DNA of 64,000 nt from Octopus sinensis. Taxonomy: Eukaryota. Location: NCBI RefSeq assembly GCF_006345805.1, contig NC_042999.1, positions 110,856,001 to 110,920,000 of the forward strand. The letters run 5' to 3'. Below, piece after piece: positions 1 to 14,439 of the stretch; positions within the stretch are counted from its first letter, which is position 1, and each line of letters opens with the position of its first letter. Under the pieces are notes generated by a model that did not search any database, had not been told where the DNA came from, and was given only the letters and a program-made list of their open reading frames with translations. The translations under genes and the position numbers were made by a program.

Positions 1-183
1 AAACATATACATATCTACCTACATATATATATATATACACACACATACATATACATACACACACACTCATATATATGTGTATATATACATATATATATGT
101 ATATATATAATATATACGTAGATATAATATATATATATTTATATATATATATTATATATATGAGTGTATATATATATATAGAG

Positions 184-261
<78 letters not shown>

Positions 262-473
262 GTGTTTCACCTTTAAACTGTTGTTTGTCTTGTTCTTGTA
301 GTAGTTGTTGATGTTGTCTGGTGGTGGAAGTTGGGGGCAGCAGTGATGTCTTTCATCAGAAGTTCATTCTGTTGTCCTTGTTGATTAGTCAGTTGTTCTT
401 TCATTTCATTTCATTCCATTTTATATTCTAATATTGTTGCTGTTGTTGTTATTACTACCGCACTTGTACATTT

Positions 474-567
<94 letters not shown>

Positions 568-732
568 GAATATATGTATATATGTGTATATATGTGTGTG
601 TGTGTGTGTGTGTGTATTTATGTATTATGCATCTATATATCTCTATATATAAATATGTATAGACATATATATATAATTATATATATGTGTACACACACAT
701 ACATTCATATATATATACATGTATGTATAAAT

Positions 733-765
<33 letters not shown>

Positions 766-2139
766 TATAATATATATATATATATAATATAGATATAGAT
801 ATATATACATATATATGTATATATATGGATGTGAGTGTGTGTGTGTATGTATATATGTATGTGACTTTAAATCACTGCAGCACTATTTGTTGTTATTGTT
901 GTTATTGTTGTATATCCTTGTCTTTTTCATTTTGATGTTGTTGCTGCCGTAGTAGATTTTTCTTTTTTTTTCCCCTGTTTTTTTTTTATTTTTTATTTTT
1001 ACTTGTTTTTGTTATAGTCATACGATTTTGTTCTTGATTATGTTGTAGTGTTTGCTGTTGTTGTTGTTGTTGTTGGGTGTTGTTTTATTGTAGTCTCAAT
1101 AACCTTTCCCCATAATCCCTCACTTCTCTACCATTCTTCTTATTGTTGATCTTTGTTCAGTTTTGTTGATCTCATTGCTGTTGTTGTTGTTGTTATCTAA
1201 CCAAACTACACTGCCCTGTGCTGCCCTGCCTCATCCCGCTCCTTGACTTCACTAATCCTTTTTTATTTGTTAATTTTCTTTGGTCCTCTAATTACAGTTG
1301 CTCCTGTTGTTGTTATTGCTTCCTTCTCTATTATTTTATTACTCTTTTTTTTATTTTGTTGTTGTTTTTGTTCCTCATCTCCTTTCTTCCTTTCTTTCTC
1401 ATTTTATTGCTTTGTCAATATTACTTTTGCTTTTATATTTTTTTTTCATTAATGTATTTTTTTGTATATTTTTAGTTAGAATGTGTTTGTCTTATTGTTT
1501 TAGAGCTATTATCTGTATTGTTCTTTATATATTTTTAATCTATTTCTTTCCTGTTTCTCTCTCTCTCTTTCTACATCTTTCTTCTCCCTTCATCTCCTCC
1601 TCTCTTACTACCACCCCTTTTTTTTTTACAATCCTAATTGATAATAAATTCCTCTTGTTCATCGGAATAGTTACAGAAATAGTTACATGGCTGGTCTGTC
1701 TGCGACACAGTAATAGAGTAGAATAGGTTCGACCATATTCCTCCCATCAGCACCCCTACCACCACCACCACCACCACCACTACCATTACCAAACAAACAC
1801 TATCATCAGTACGAAAGTAAAAGTTTCAGTAATTCACCACCACCAACTGCTAAACCTTAAAAATATCAATTTCTGTCATAGACCAAGGCCAAAGATTTGG
1901 GGTTAAGAGTATAATTGATTATATCAACCCCAATAATTTGACTTGTACATTATTTTATTGGCCCCTAGACATTAAAATTAATAAACATTTATCTTAAAAT
2001 ACGCAATAAAGCAAATATAATATTAAAGCAAAAATAATTCAAATTCTCTAAGTACTTGGGATTATATAGACCCTTCACAGTACAGCTTGTATAGTACTAG
2101 TTCTAAGGTCAAATCCCATTAGAGGTTGTCTTTGATATA

Positions 2140-2560
2140 TCATCATCATCGTTTAATATTTGCCTTCCATGCTCGCATGGGTGGGATGGTTTCACAAGAG
2201 CCAGCCAAGTAGAAACCTTCACCAGACTTTTGTGACTGTTTTGACAGGATTTTTACAGCTGAATGCCCTTCTTAACATCAACCACTCGGCAGAATGGACT
2301 TAGTACTTTTTATGTGGCACAAGCACAGATGAGGTCAGTTTTGGTAAGGTTCTTACAGCTAGATGCCCTTCCTAACATCAACCATCCAGCAGAGTGGACT
2401 TAGTGCTTTTTACATGGCACAAGCACAGGCGAGGTCAGTTTAGGCAAGGGTTTTACAGCTGGATGTCCTTTCGAACACCAACCACTTTTACAGTGTAGAC
2501 TGGGTGCTTTTGAGTGGCACCTGCACTGACAGGGTCACCAGGTACTTGCAAGACAAAAAA
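2140..2560 (-). mobile_element. RTE-type 3'UTR copy with an internal 100-bp tandem repeat
   Basis: (CAT)n end at 2141. The ATGCCCTT-type motif recurs at about 2262, 2362 and 2462. Confidence 0.7.
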
Positions 2561-2611
2561 AAAATTTTCAAGAGAGGAGGAGGTGATCTTGTAACAGATG
2601 ATGAAAGGTTA

Positions 2612-3320
2612 AATAATCCTTTTTACTGTTGGCATGCAGCCTGAACTTTTGTGGGAAGCGCAAGTTGATTATATCAACCTCACTAATCAAGTAGTATTTA
2701 TTTTATCAACCCTGTTTTCAACCCTGAAAGGATGAAAATTACAATCAGCCTTGATGGGATTCAAGATCAGAATTTAAAATTGGATGAAATACTGCAAAAC
2801 TTTTTGTCCAGTGTGCTAATGTTTCTGCCAGCTTTCCACCTTGATAACAATAATCATAATAAGGCTTTCTGCTATAGGCACAAGAGCTGAAAGTTTTAGT
2901 GAGGGATAAGTTGATTACATCGATTCCAGTGTTTCACTGGTACTTAATTTATTGACTTTGAAAAGATGAAAGTCAAAGTCAGTCTCGGTGAAATTTGAAC
3001 TCAAAATGCGAAGATAGGCAAAATACTTCTAGGCATTTCACAAGATGTACTAATGGTTCTGCTATTCTGCCACCTTAATAATAATCATCATAACCCTTTC
3101 TACTATAGGCACAAGGCCTGGAATTTGTGAGGTGGGGATAGTCAATTTCATCGGCCTCTGTACTTCACTGGTGCTTAATTTATTGACTACAAAAGTGTGA
3201 ACAGCAAAATCAACTGCGGTGGAATTTGATCTCAGAACATAAAGGCAGATGACATGCCACTAAACATTTTGCCTGACATGCTAATGATGCTACCAGCTTG
3301 CCACCTTGACAATGATCATA
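2612..3320 (-). mobile_element. Head-to-tail stack of three family D SINEs
   Basis: Three reverse-complement copies separated by short (AAT)n. Further copies lie at about 14560-14690-, 49800-50046+ and 53893-54075+. Confidence 0.75.
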
Positions 3321-3454
3321 ATAAATACATATCTTATTCTCATCTCTTGCAGACAAAGATTTCAGTTGAACTTTTATTAGCAGGACCATTCCAGCGTGAT
3401 CGTTACCTGCATCATCTCACTAGCACTTGTGCTGGTGGCAAATGAAAAAAAAAA

Positions 3455-3740
3455 CATTTGAGCGAGGTGCAGCTGGACTGGCTCCTGTGCAGGTGGTACA
3501 TAAAAAGCACCATTTGAGATTGGCCATTGTCAGTATCACCTGACTGACCCATGTGCCGGTGGCTTGTAAAAGCACCCACTACACTCTCGGAGTGGTTGGC
3601 GTTAGGAAGGGCATCCAGTTGTAGAAATTCTGCCAGATCAGATTGGAGTCTGGTACAGCCATCTGGTTCGCCAGACCTCAGTCAAATCGTGCAACCCATG
3701 CTAGCAAGGAAAGCGGACGTTAAACGATGATGATGATGAT
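3455..3740 (+). mobile_element. RTE-type 3'UTR copy with (GAT)n tail
   Basis: AAAAGCACCCACTACACTCTCGGAGTGGTTGGCGTTAGGAAGGGCATCC...AACGATGATGATG. Confidence 0.7.
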
Positions 3741-4683
3741 TCTCAAAAATCTCATTGCCATGAACCAACGATAATCACTAAAATTTTTAATGATCTCATA
3801 AATATTAATTCAGCGCAACACTAAAAACGATGCATGTTGACATGTCACAAGTTAAAGTGATAGACCTTTCATAAGATAAAATCTTTGAATGCTCTTCCAA
3901 AATTGCCAGCACTCACCGCTTTCCAAGCAAGTTTATAACACTTCCCAAAGTCTACTGCTACTGAAATGTTTTTAACTATTGCTCTCCTTCATTTGCAATC
4001 CCTTTTTTCACATTCTCTTGCTATTATATGGCAAAATTAAGTATACCACATGTGCCTATTCACATGTATATATTGTGACTGCGTGACAAAAAGTTCACTT
4101 CTCAGCCACATGGTTCCAGGTTCAGTCCCACTGCATGGCACCTTGGGCAAATGTCTTCTATTATAGCCCTGGGCTGACCAAAGCCCTCTGAGTAGATTTA
4201 GTAGACAAGACAGAAACTGAAAGATACCCATCACACACATTAACATAATAAACACACACATATATATATACACACATATATATACATACATATATATGCA
4301 TACATATACATACATATATATCAATGTATATGTATAAATACACACATACACACACACAAACACACACACACACAAACACATACACATACACACACTCATG
4401 TATTAATAACAATAATCCTTGGATAGAATTTATAAACATTTAATGCATCACTATGCACATTTCCACAAATCACATCTCTTAAGTTCATTGTCCATATTCC
4501 TGGGATGAGTACTGTTCAGTCTGTAGTATCCATGTTATATCTTTAGGGGATATAACATTAATGGATATACAGCAGATAGATGTTCATCCCTTTTTACCAG
4601 TATGAAGATTAATGCCTTCAGACAGCAGTAGTAGTAGCAGCAATAGCTGTATCATCTTCATCATCATCATTATCATTATCATT

Positions 4684-5540
4684 ATTTCAGGCCTAGTAGA
4701 AAGGATTATTATTATTATTACTATTATTATTATCATAAGGTGGCGAGCTGGCAAAATCGTTAGCATTTCAGTCTTTTGGGATTGATAAATTAAGTACCAG
4801 TGAAATACTGGGGTTGATGTAATCAAATAGTCACCTACCCTGAAATTTCAGGCTTTGTACCTTTAGTAGAATTGATTATTATTTTTATCACATTTAAGGC
4901 AGCAAGCTGACAGAATCGTTAGCATGCTGAGTAAAATGCTTAGCAGTATTTCGTCAGTCACTGCATTCTGAGTTCAAATTCTACCAAGGTCGACTTTGTC
5001 TTTCATCCTTTTGGGGTGGATAAAATAAGTGCCAGTTGAACACTGGGATTGATGTAATCGACTTATTCCCTTCCCCGAAATTGCAGGCCTTGGACTTATA
5101 TTCTGCATTCAAATTCTGCTGAAGTCGACTTTGCTTTTCATCTTTTTGAGTCTCTGACATAAGTACCAGTTGAGCACTGGGGTCAATGTAATTGACTAGC
5201 TTCTTCCTGCAAATTTCAGGCCTTGTGCCTATAGTAGAAAGGATTATTATTATTATTATTATTAGTAGTAGTAGTAGTAGTAGTAGTCACCATAGAAGTA
5301 GTAGTAGTAAAGCAGTGAGCTGGCAGAATCATGAGCATGCCAGGTAACATGCTTAGCAGCATTTCAGTCTCTACATTCTGATTTCAAATTCTGTTGAGGT
5401 CGACTTTGCTTTTCATCCTTTTAGGGTCAGTAAATTAAGTACCAGTGAAACACTGGGGTTGATGTAATTGATTAGTCCCCTCCCTCCAAATTTCAGGTCC
5501 TATGCCTTTAGGAGAAAGGATTATTATTATTATAATTATT
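4684..5540 (+). mobile_element. Head-to-tail stack of four tRNA-derived SINEs (family D) with (ATT)n tails
   Basis: GAGCTGGCAGAATCG (A-box), GTTCAAATTC (B-box) and AGTAGAAAGG(ATT)n recur. Copies start at about 4735, 4895, 5093 and 5308. Confidence 0.8.
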
Positions 5541-5780
5541 ATTCAAGTTTCACTTGAAAAGGAAATTGAGAATAGAGAGGGAAGTGCTGCCTTGAGTGAG
5601 TTTATTGAAAGGTTGGTGAAAGTTGCAAAAATAGCAAGAATGGAGAGAAGGAATCGGAGAGAACACTTGTGCCTGAGGTTTCAGGGAAATCTCGGACAGT
5701 GGGGTTCCTTGATTATCCCTAGAAGCCTTCCTCTTTCAGGAGGGCCACATCTCAATCCTCCTACCTGCCACATTTATTTT
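5541..5780 (+). pseudogene. Probable L1/Tx1-like LINE 3' end
   Basis: FHLKRKLRIEREVLP, then a frameshift, then SEFIERLVKVAKIARM. This resembles Tx1-like ORF2 C-termini (from memory, not searched). Confidence 0.45.
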
Positions 5781-5972
5781 TAACCCTTTCTATACCAAAC
5801 CGACTGAAACTGCCTCTAGCTTTGTAGTACAAATGTTTTGCTTTCATAAGTTTTGAATTAAAATCTTCCCCCAAACCTTAGTCACAATTTATTTTCCTAA
5901 CACTAGCTTAATCATATAACTAAGTTATTTTAATAAATTCTTTGTTATATTCAAAATTATTTGAGAGAAACA
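5781..5972 (+). mobile_element. piggyBac-like MITE fragment truncated by a SINE
   Basis: Begins TTAA|CCCTTTC. The right end is absent where SINE A starts. Confidence 0.4.
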
Positions 5973-6378
5973 TAGAGCAGGAGTGGCTGTGTGGTAAGTA
6001 GCTTGCTAACCAACCACATGGTTCCGGGTTCAGTCCCACTGCGTGGCATCTTGGGCAAGTGTCTTCTGCTATAGCCCCGGGCCGACCAATGCCTTGTGAG
6101 TGGATTTGGTAGACGGAAACTGAAAGAAGCCTGTCGTATATATGTATATATATATATGTATGTGTGTTTGTGTGTTTGTGTTTGTCTCCCTAGCATTGTT
6201 TGACAACTGATGCTGGTGTGTTTATGTCCCCGTCACTTTGCAGTTCGGCAAAAGAGACCAATAGAATAAGTACTGGGCATACTAAGAATAAGTCCCGGGG
6301 TCGATTTGCTCGACTAAAGGTGGTGCTCCAGCATGGCCGCAGTCAAATGACTGAAACAAGTAAAAGGGTAAAAGAGTA
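5973..6378 (+). mobile_element. tRNA-derived bipartite SINE (family A) with an internal (TA/TG) microsatellite
   Basis: A-box-like TGGCTGTGTGGTAAG and B-box-like GGTTCAGTCC. Other copies or halves lie at about 4072-4240+, 7905-8305-, 9370-9740-, 11010-11385+, 16545-16950+, 42660-43020-, 61440-61590+ and 62185-62350+. Confidence 0.85.
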
Positions 6379-6468
6379 TGTAAATCCCCACAATTTGTCT
6401 GTCTTTGTATTGTCTCTTTCAACCTTTGCCCTTTTGGCAAATATATGAAATCATTAATATCATTATTA

Positions 6469-6880
6469 TACTCTTTTACTTGTTTCAGTCATTTGACTGT
6501 AGCCATGCCGGAGCATTGCCTTTTAGTCGAGCAAATCAACCCCAGGACTTATTCTTTGTAAGCCTAGTACTTATTCTATTGGTCTCTTTTGCCAAACCGC
6601 TAAGTTACGGGGATGTAAACACACCAGCATCGGTTGTCAAGCTATGTTGTGGGGGACAAACACAGACACACAAACATATACACACACATACACACATATA
6701 TATATATACATATATACGACAGGCTTCTTTCAGTTTCCATCTACCAAATCCACTCACAAGGCTTTGGTCAGTCCGAGGCTATAGTAGGAGACACTTGCCC
6801 AAGGTGCCATGCAGAGGGACTGAACCCGGAACCATGTGGTTGTTAAGCAAGCTACTTACCACACAGCCACTCCTATGCCT
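6469..6880 (-). mobile_element. SINE family A, inverted relative to the 5973-6378 copy
   Basis: Reverse complement of the family A head and tail. Confidence 0.85.
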
Positions 6881-6926
6881 ATTTCTCCTTCTTCTTCTTC
6901 TCTTCTTCTTCTTCTTCTTCTTCTTC

Positions 6927-6962
<36 letters not shown>

Positions 6963-6974
6963 TATTATTATTAT

Positions 6975-7011
<37 letters not shown>

Positions 7012-7012
7012 G

Positions 7013-7048
<36 letters not shown>

Positions 7049-7378
7049 GTTAGTAAGTAAGTAAGAAAATAAGAAAGCAGTGGCATTGCTACTGCTGACA
7101 TAGTGGCAATTCTTGTGTCTCTTTTAGTAGAAATTAGTTGTAGACACAGCATAGCCACACCCAGTTTATATAAACATAGCAGCGATAAATATTGGAAACT
7201 CCCAAAGTGGCATTTGATGATGCCAAAAGACAGGCAGAAAAACTGACCAATGGCTAGCTAGATTTTTTGTGTAGATTTCTGGACTGGCTGCTGTATCAGT
7301 AGACATCCCAATAATTCACTAGAAAGCTGACCATAGATGTTTTTGCTTGTATGTGTGCATGTGTGTGTGTGTGTGTGT

Positions 7379-7417
<39 letters not shown>

Positions 7418-7484
7418 GTATGTGTGTATATATACATATATATATACATACATATCTTTATATATGTATGTGTGTGTATGTGTT

Positions 7485-7516
<32 letters not shown>

Positions 7517-7667
7517 TATATACATACATATATACATTTATATGCACACACACATATATATAGATAGATAGATAGAGATATATCTGTGCATACATATATG
7601 TATACATATTAATACACAGTATATGCATAGTTTGTGTAAGTGTGTGTTAGAGAGGAAGAGAGAGAGA

Positions 7668-7709
<42 letters not shown>

Positions 7710-8410
7710 TTATATTTATATATATAAATACAAACATTTAAACAGACACACATACGCACACACGCACATATATACATGCATATATATTTTACATGTATAT
7801 AATACAAAATATATATATAGGCTGAATATTTGAGCTTGCAAAATAATCAGGAAATAATTTTAAAATGTAGTCAAAAATGTACTGCAGGGTTTATATGTAT
7901 CTTCGTTTATTCTTTTACTTGTTCCAGTCATTTGACTATGGCACCACCTTAAGTCGAACAATTCGACCCCAGGACTTATTCTTTGCAAGACTAGGTCTTA
8001 TTCTATTTGACATTTTTTTTCTGCCAAACAGCTAAGTTATGAGAATGTAAACACATCAGCATCGGTTGTCAAACGATGGTGGGGTGGGAGAAACACAGAC
8101 ACATGAATACATACATATATATGTGTGTTTGTGTGTGTATGATGGGCTTCTTTCAGTTTCCGTCTACCAAATCCACTCACAAGGCTTTGGTCAACCTGAT
8201 GGTATAGTATAAGACACTTGCCCAAGGTGCCATGTAGTAGGACTGAACTAGGAACCATGTGGTTGGGATGCAAACTTTTTACCATACAACCACTCCTGTG
8301 CCTGTATATGCATATACATATATATATATATATATATATAATATATATATATAATATTTATATAAACACACACACATACATATGTATGTATATTTTTATA
8401 TCTATATCAG

Positions 8411-8445
<35 letters not shown>

Positions 8446-8468
8446 ATATATATATAATATATATATAT

Positions 8469-8499
<31 letters not shown>

Positions 8500-8652
8500 G
8501 TATGGATATACATATATATACATATATATATATATGTATGCATATACATATATAATATATATATATATATATATATAATATTTATATAAACACACACACA
8601 TACATATGTATGTATATTTTTATATCTATATCAGTATCTATCTATCTATCTA

Positions 8653-8703
<51 letters not shown>

Positions 8704-10663
8704 CTATCTATCTATCTATCTATATATATATATAATATATATATACATATATATATATGTATGGATATATGTATATGTATATATATATTTATATACATAT
8801 ACATATATATACATAGATATATATATAATATATACACACACACACACACACACACATATATATGTATATATATTTTTATATCTATATCAATGTCTGTCTA
8901 TCTATTTATCTATCTATATATCTTTACTTATAGACATGAGTGTGTGTGTGTGCATGTGAGTCTGTGTGTGGGTGAATGCATGTACTTGCGTAAATAAGGA
9001 ATGGATTTTCTTGAAGACTTGATATATTAATGGCATGACTATTTTCAATTAGTAACTTTTTAAGAATTTTTCATACTTCCTCATTAAACCTATGTTTAGT
9101 TTGGAACAATAGTGTTCTGAAATTTATTAATCTATTAATGTTCTGAGGCTTTCATCATCCCATTTTCGTAATACAGTGTTTGTGTTAAAGACACGTTGAC
9201 CTCATGTTTTGTGGTAAGACACAAAGGATCTTGGAAATAATTCTATATTAGTTAAAATTATAAACATTAGATTTAAATTTATGGAACGGTGTCTCAGAAA
9301 TATATTCCTTCAATGCTGAATTCAAAATTACATCTCAGGGGTTTCTAAGAGATTTTGTGATAAATCTTTTATCTCTTACATGTTTCAGTCATTGGCCTGG
9401 CTGTGGCCATACTGGACTACCACCTTGTGCACATTATTTAAGCCTGGTACTTACTTTTAGCCAAACTGCAAAGTTATGGGTGTCATAAATAATTTAAAGC
9501 CAGTTGTCAAGCAGCGAAAGGGGACAAACACATGCACACACTCACACACACACATACTCACTCACTCACAGAAGTATGGTGAGATTATTTCAGTTTCCAT
9601 TTACCAAATCCACTCACTACTCTTCCATTGGCTGAGTCTATAGACAAAAATACTTGCACAAGGTACAATACAGAGAGTCTGAACCAGGAATTATATTGTT
9701 GAGAAGCAAACGTCTTAGACACAGTTACACCTGTACCTGTATCAGTGTGTTTAAATTAGGTTTTTATTTTACTAATCATAAATCTTCTGTAGTTATTCTT
9801 TGCATTTTTGTAGAATACTGTATGAAATTTGTAATGTAATCAACTAGTGTTTCCTTACTAGTTTTATGATGCGTAATGCAGTGGCCCATCTTTCTCTATA
9901 TGCATGGTCAACAGAAGAGGTAGAGTCATAGTTGAATATCTGATGTAACAGTTTGAGTCATGATGTTTACAACTTTTATGTTTACATTGAGATTGAAATT
10001 TATTTACTACATTGATTGTTTGAAGCATTGTATTCTATGGTTTAATAACTTCTGATTTCATGTTAGTGAGTGGATATTACATTATAGTATTATGGTAATA
10101 TATTCTATCTATGAGTTTGTAATTAGGTGTGATATATGTTAATGGTCTTATGAGATTTTAGTGATATAGTCATTCTTTTTATAGCCAGAGTGCATTTGGT
10201 TCATGTCATATGTAAATGTGTGGTCTATGTATATGTGTGGCTTATGTTTTTAGTGGGTGTTACAGGAATGTGGGTGAATTTATTCATGTGTTGTTCAATT
10301 ACCTAATCCACTAATCTATTAGAATACACACTATTAACTTATTTTTGTCTCATTATGTATTTACAATAAGTAGTCAGCACAATGCATTATAATGCAATAC
10401 ACAAAATAATATTGGTTATAAAACATTAGTTGAAAGTGTTGTCATTTTATATAGACTTTCGCAAAGCATGCAAAAAATAACAATATAAAGTTCACTAACA
10501 GCAAAATACAAACCGAAATTAGCTACATTGATACATAATATAAAATATTACGACATCTACTAGAACCACTATTGTTTAATTGTATAACTGGTGTTGATAA
10601 AAAGTAACAGTATAAACAGAGGGACAAAAAGTAGATAGCTACCTCAGCTGGAAGCAAGAGAGA

Positions 10664-10803
10664 AAGAGAGAGGAGAAGAAGAAGAAGAAGAAGAAGGAGA
10701 AGGAGGAGGAGGAGGAGGAGGAGGAGGAGAAGAAGAAGAAGAAGAAGAAGAAGAAGAAGAAGAAGAAGAAGAAGAAGAAGAAGAAGAAGAAGAAGAAGAA
10801 GAG
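10664..10803 (+). repeat. (GAA/GGA)n polypurine tract
   Basis: About 140 bp of uninterrupted purines. Confidence 0.9.
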
Positions 10804-11666
10804 TAGTTGAAGGAAAGAGGATGATGAAGTTGTAGTTGTTTGGTCTACTCAAGTTACAGAGAAATGTATATAAATGAAGTGGAACCAAGGATTGCATAAG
10901 GTGAGTCGAAGATAGAGAAGGGTAGTGGAGGAATATAGTGAGTGGACACAAGTAGAGGGAGAAGGTTTTAAGAAAATATGATATGTTGTTGGGAAGATAT
11001 ATATATATATAGGTGAAGATGTGGCTGTGTGGTAAAGAGCTTGCTTCCCAACCACATGGTTCCGGGTTCAGTCCTACTGCATGCCACCTTGTGCAAGTGT
11101 CTTCTACTATAGCCTCGGGCTAACCAAAGCCCTGTGAGTGGATTTGGTAGATGGAAACCGAAAGAAGCCCGTCGTGTGTCTGTATTCGTGTCCCCACCCT
11201 CACTTGACAACCAATGTTGGTGTGTGTACGTCCCTGTAACTTAGCATTTCGGCAAAAGATACTGATAGAACAAGTATTAGGGTTACAGTAGAATAAGTCC
11301 TGGGGTAGAATTGTTCAACTAAAGGCGGTGCTCCAGCATGGCTGCAGTCAAATGACTGAAACAAGTAAAAAAATAAAAGAATCAGGAGTGAGAGTGCGGG
11401 TGAAAGCAAATAAGCTCAGTACAGGTAACACCAAGTAGTGGTCAAATGGATGTTAAATTAAACTCTAACTTCTTCATCCAAAGGTCGCATACCGATGATA
11501 TTATGCACATATCACTTATGAATATGGTTATTACATCAGTTATGGGCATCTTGAAACAGTTGTTGAGATAAAACTTTATGAAATTTTTTTCTTCGTTTTA
11601 TAATCTGTATTTTGTGCTTCAAGTCACAATCCAAACAGTGTTTATCAACCTTACTACCTCTCTCTC

Positions 11667-11701
<35 letters not shown>

Positions 11702-12059
11702 CACACACAGTCACAAATATATATGCACACACACATGTGTATATATGTATGTGTATGCACATGTGTATATTTTGAGTGTGCAGCAGTTTATTGAATTGCT
11801 GGAATAAGTAACAGTGTTTCGGTTGTCTTTGAGCTTGGCATAATACTGATCAAAGGGTTAAAAACGTACAAAATATATATCATTATATTTATGAAATAGT
11901 AAAGTAATGGCTTAATAGTGAGGAAAATATACAGAAAATTGAGTAGAGCTGTACCCGCAATGGTTGTTACTTGCTAGAAATAATAGTCACTAGTCTCTAT
12001 CATGTTAGTAAAAAAGAATATGTTTGATATACCAGCTTCACATAGAAGCCCATCCAAAG

Positions 12060-12545
12060 TACTTTGGGACACAGGACGGCCTGCTGTGCTTACCTTGAAT
12101 CGTAGGGCGACCTGCTCTGCTTGAAGAGACCTATTGAATCAAGTACATCAACATCAAAAAATCAAATGGAAATTGTAGTTGTGATACCTGTGCTGGTGGT
12201 ACACAAAAAGCACCATTCGAACGTGGCAGATGCCAGTGCCGCCTTGACTGGCTTCCATGCTGGTGGCATGTAAAAAGCACCATCCGAACGTGGCCGATGC
12301 CAGCGTCGCCTTGACTGGCTTCCATGCCAGTGGCATGTAAAAAGCACCACCCGGACGTGACTGATGCCAGCGCCGCCTTGACTGGCTTCCATGCCGGTGG
12401 CATGTAAAAAGCACCCACTACACTCATGGAGTGGTTGGCATTAGGAAAGGCATCCAGTTGTAGAAACACAGCCATATCAGACTGGAGCCTGGTGCAGCCT
12501 CCTGGCTTCCCAGACCCTGCTAGCATGGAAAACGGATGATGATGA
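12060..12545 (+). mobile_element. RTE-type 3'UTR copy with three 67-bp internal repeats
   Basis: AAGCACC recurs with a 67-bp period (CACC at 12211, 12278, 12345, 12412). It ends in a (GAT)n tail. Confidence 0.75.
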
Positions 12546-13160
12546 GGTTACACTTGAAAAATAGACGGGATGGAATGCAATGTTTGGATCAAATGTCTGG
12601 TTTGCTGGATCAGGAATAACTCAGGGCTAAACAACACCAGAAATAATAATGAAAATAGCAACCTGTACACCATCATAGAGAATCATTCCCAAGAATACAA
12701 ACAGAGGAAGACACATGTAAAAGACAATTTGTTAGTTTGCCAATGCACATAGGGTTGTATGAGAAATTAATGTATGCATATACAGATGCACATGATTGAA
12801 TCAGCCCATAAATTGCAGATATAAGAAAATTACTGCCAAAGGTTATAACATTATCAACACAATTTATTCTACTTTTATTTTATGGATATTTTTTCAAAAA
12901 TTTCTTAACTTCTTTTTTTTTTAACACCAGTTCTTCAGAATGAAAGATTTTTCTCATTTCAAGCAATAAATATTTTCTACAATATATTCACTTGATTATC
13001 ATAATGGCAATTGTTTATTTCAATGCCAATAATTTCCCTTTACTTCATCAAACAAAAGTAATGAAATTATCCAAAATATTAACAATTCCTCCTTTTATTT
13101 TACATTGTTATTGTTACTAATATTTTTGCTGCTAATAATATTAATAATAATTATAGAAGC

Positions 13161-13205
<45 letters not shown>

Positions 13206-14398
13206 GTATTTTTGCTTATGTGGTTATCAATTGCATATGCATTGTTCATTTATTTACATTAATATTCTTGTTCTTGATGTTGATATTGTGGATGTTGAAA
13301 TATTTACTTTTTTTCTACATAATATACACATACATATATGTGCATGTGTACGTGCATGTGTGTATGTATATATACACATATGCAAACATATTTGTATATA
13401 CATATATATATGTGTATGTGTGTATGCATGTATATATATATATGTTTATATATGTATATATATATATATTTCACCCTTTTTGTATATTATATATATATGT
13501 ACGTATGTATGTATATAAACTTTTATGATCCTCTTTCTTGAAAATGTGTGAAAAATATATAAGAAATTTTCAAATATTCTTCCTATTATTATTGCTATTC
13601 TTTTTATGACTGTAACCATTGAATGAATTTTATATCATGATAAATATACAAGAATGCATGCATGTATGAACACACATACCCATTACCCATATTTTATATA
13701 TTATATCATATTATATCATATTATATATATATATATATATATTAAATATGGTATATATATATATATTATATAAATGTATAATATGAAATATTTAAATTCA
13801 TCTATATATATGCAGTTTGTATTGCTTTCTTGATGAATATTTAAAGAAATATATTTTACTTATGTCATATATCGAAGTTGTTACAAAAGCATAAATATTA
13901 ATTGCAGCAAATTTGCAGTTTGTTATGATTGAAAAAAAAAACAAAAACAAACAAACGATATATATATATACATCGTTTGTTTGTATGTATGTATGTATGT
14001 ATGTATGTATGTATGTATGTATGTATGTATGTATGTATGTATGTATGCATGTATGTATGTATATATGTATGTATGAATGTATGCATGTATGTATATGCAT
14101 GTGTATATGGATGATTGCATAATTCATATAAAATTTTATTTCATGTGCTAAAGGTCAAATTTGGGAGCTACTAAAATAGGTTATCAACAAAACTTTTGAT
14201 ATTAAGATCTGAAGGGATCAGTTCACATTTATCTATCTGGATATATCATATTTATACAGATATTGGATTGTGTAAATGCCCGCATTATGAATTTATGTGT
14301 ATGTATGTGTGTGTGTGTGAGTGTGTGTGTATGTGTGTGGTGTGTGTTTGTTGGTGCATGTGTATGTGTGTGTATGCATGTATAGACATGAATGACTT

Positions 14399-14439
<41 letters not shown>

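Noticed and set aside
3760-3960. Minus-strand exon-like segment (AVDFGKCYKLAWKA|gtgagt), and similar ones near 16.5, 17.2, 19.1, 35.8, 58.4 and 59.5 kb
   Set aside because: Each has only one strong splice site or no consistent phase partner. Such hits arise by chance in AT-rich DNA.
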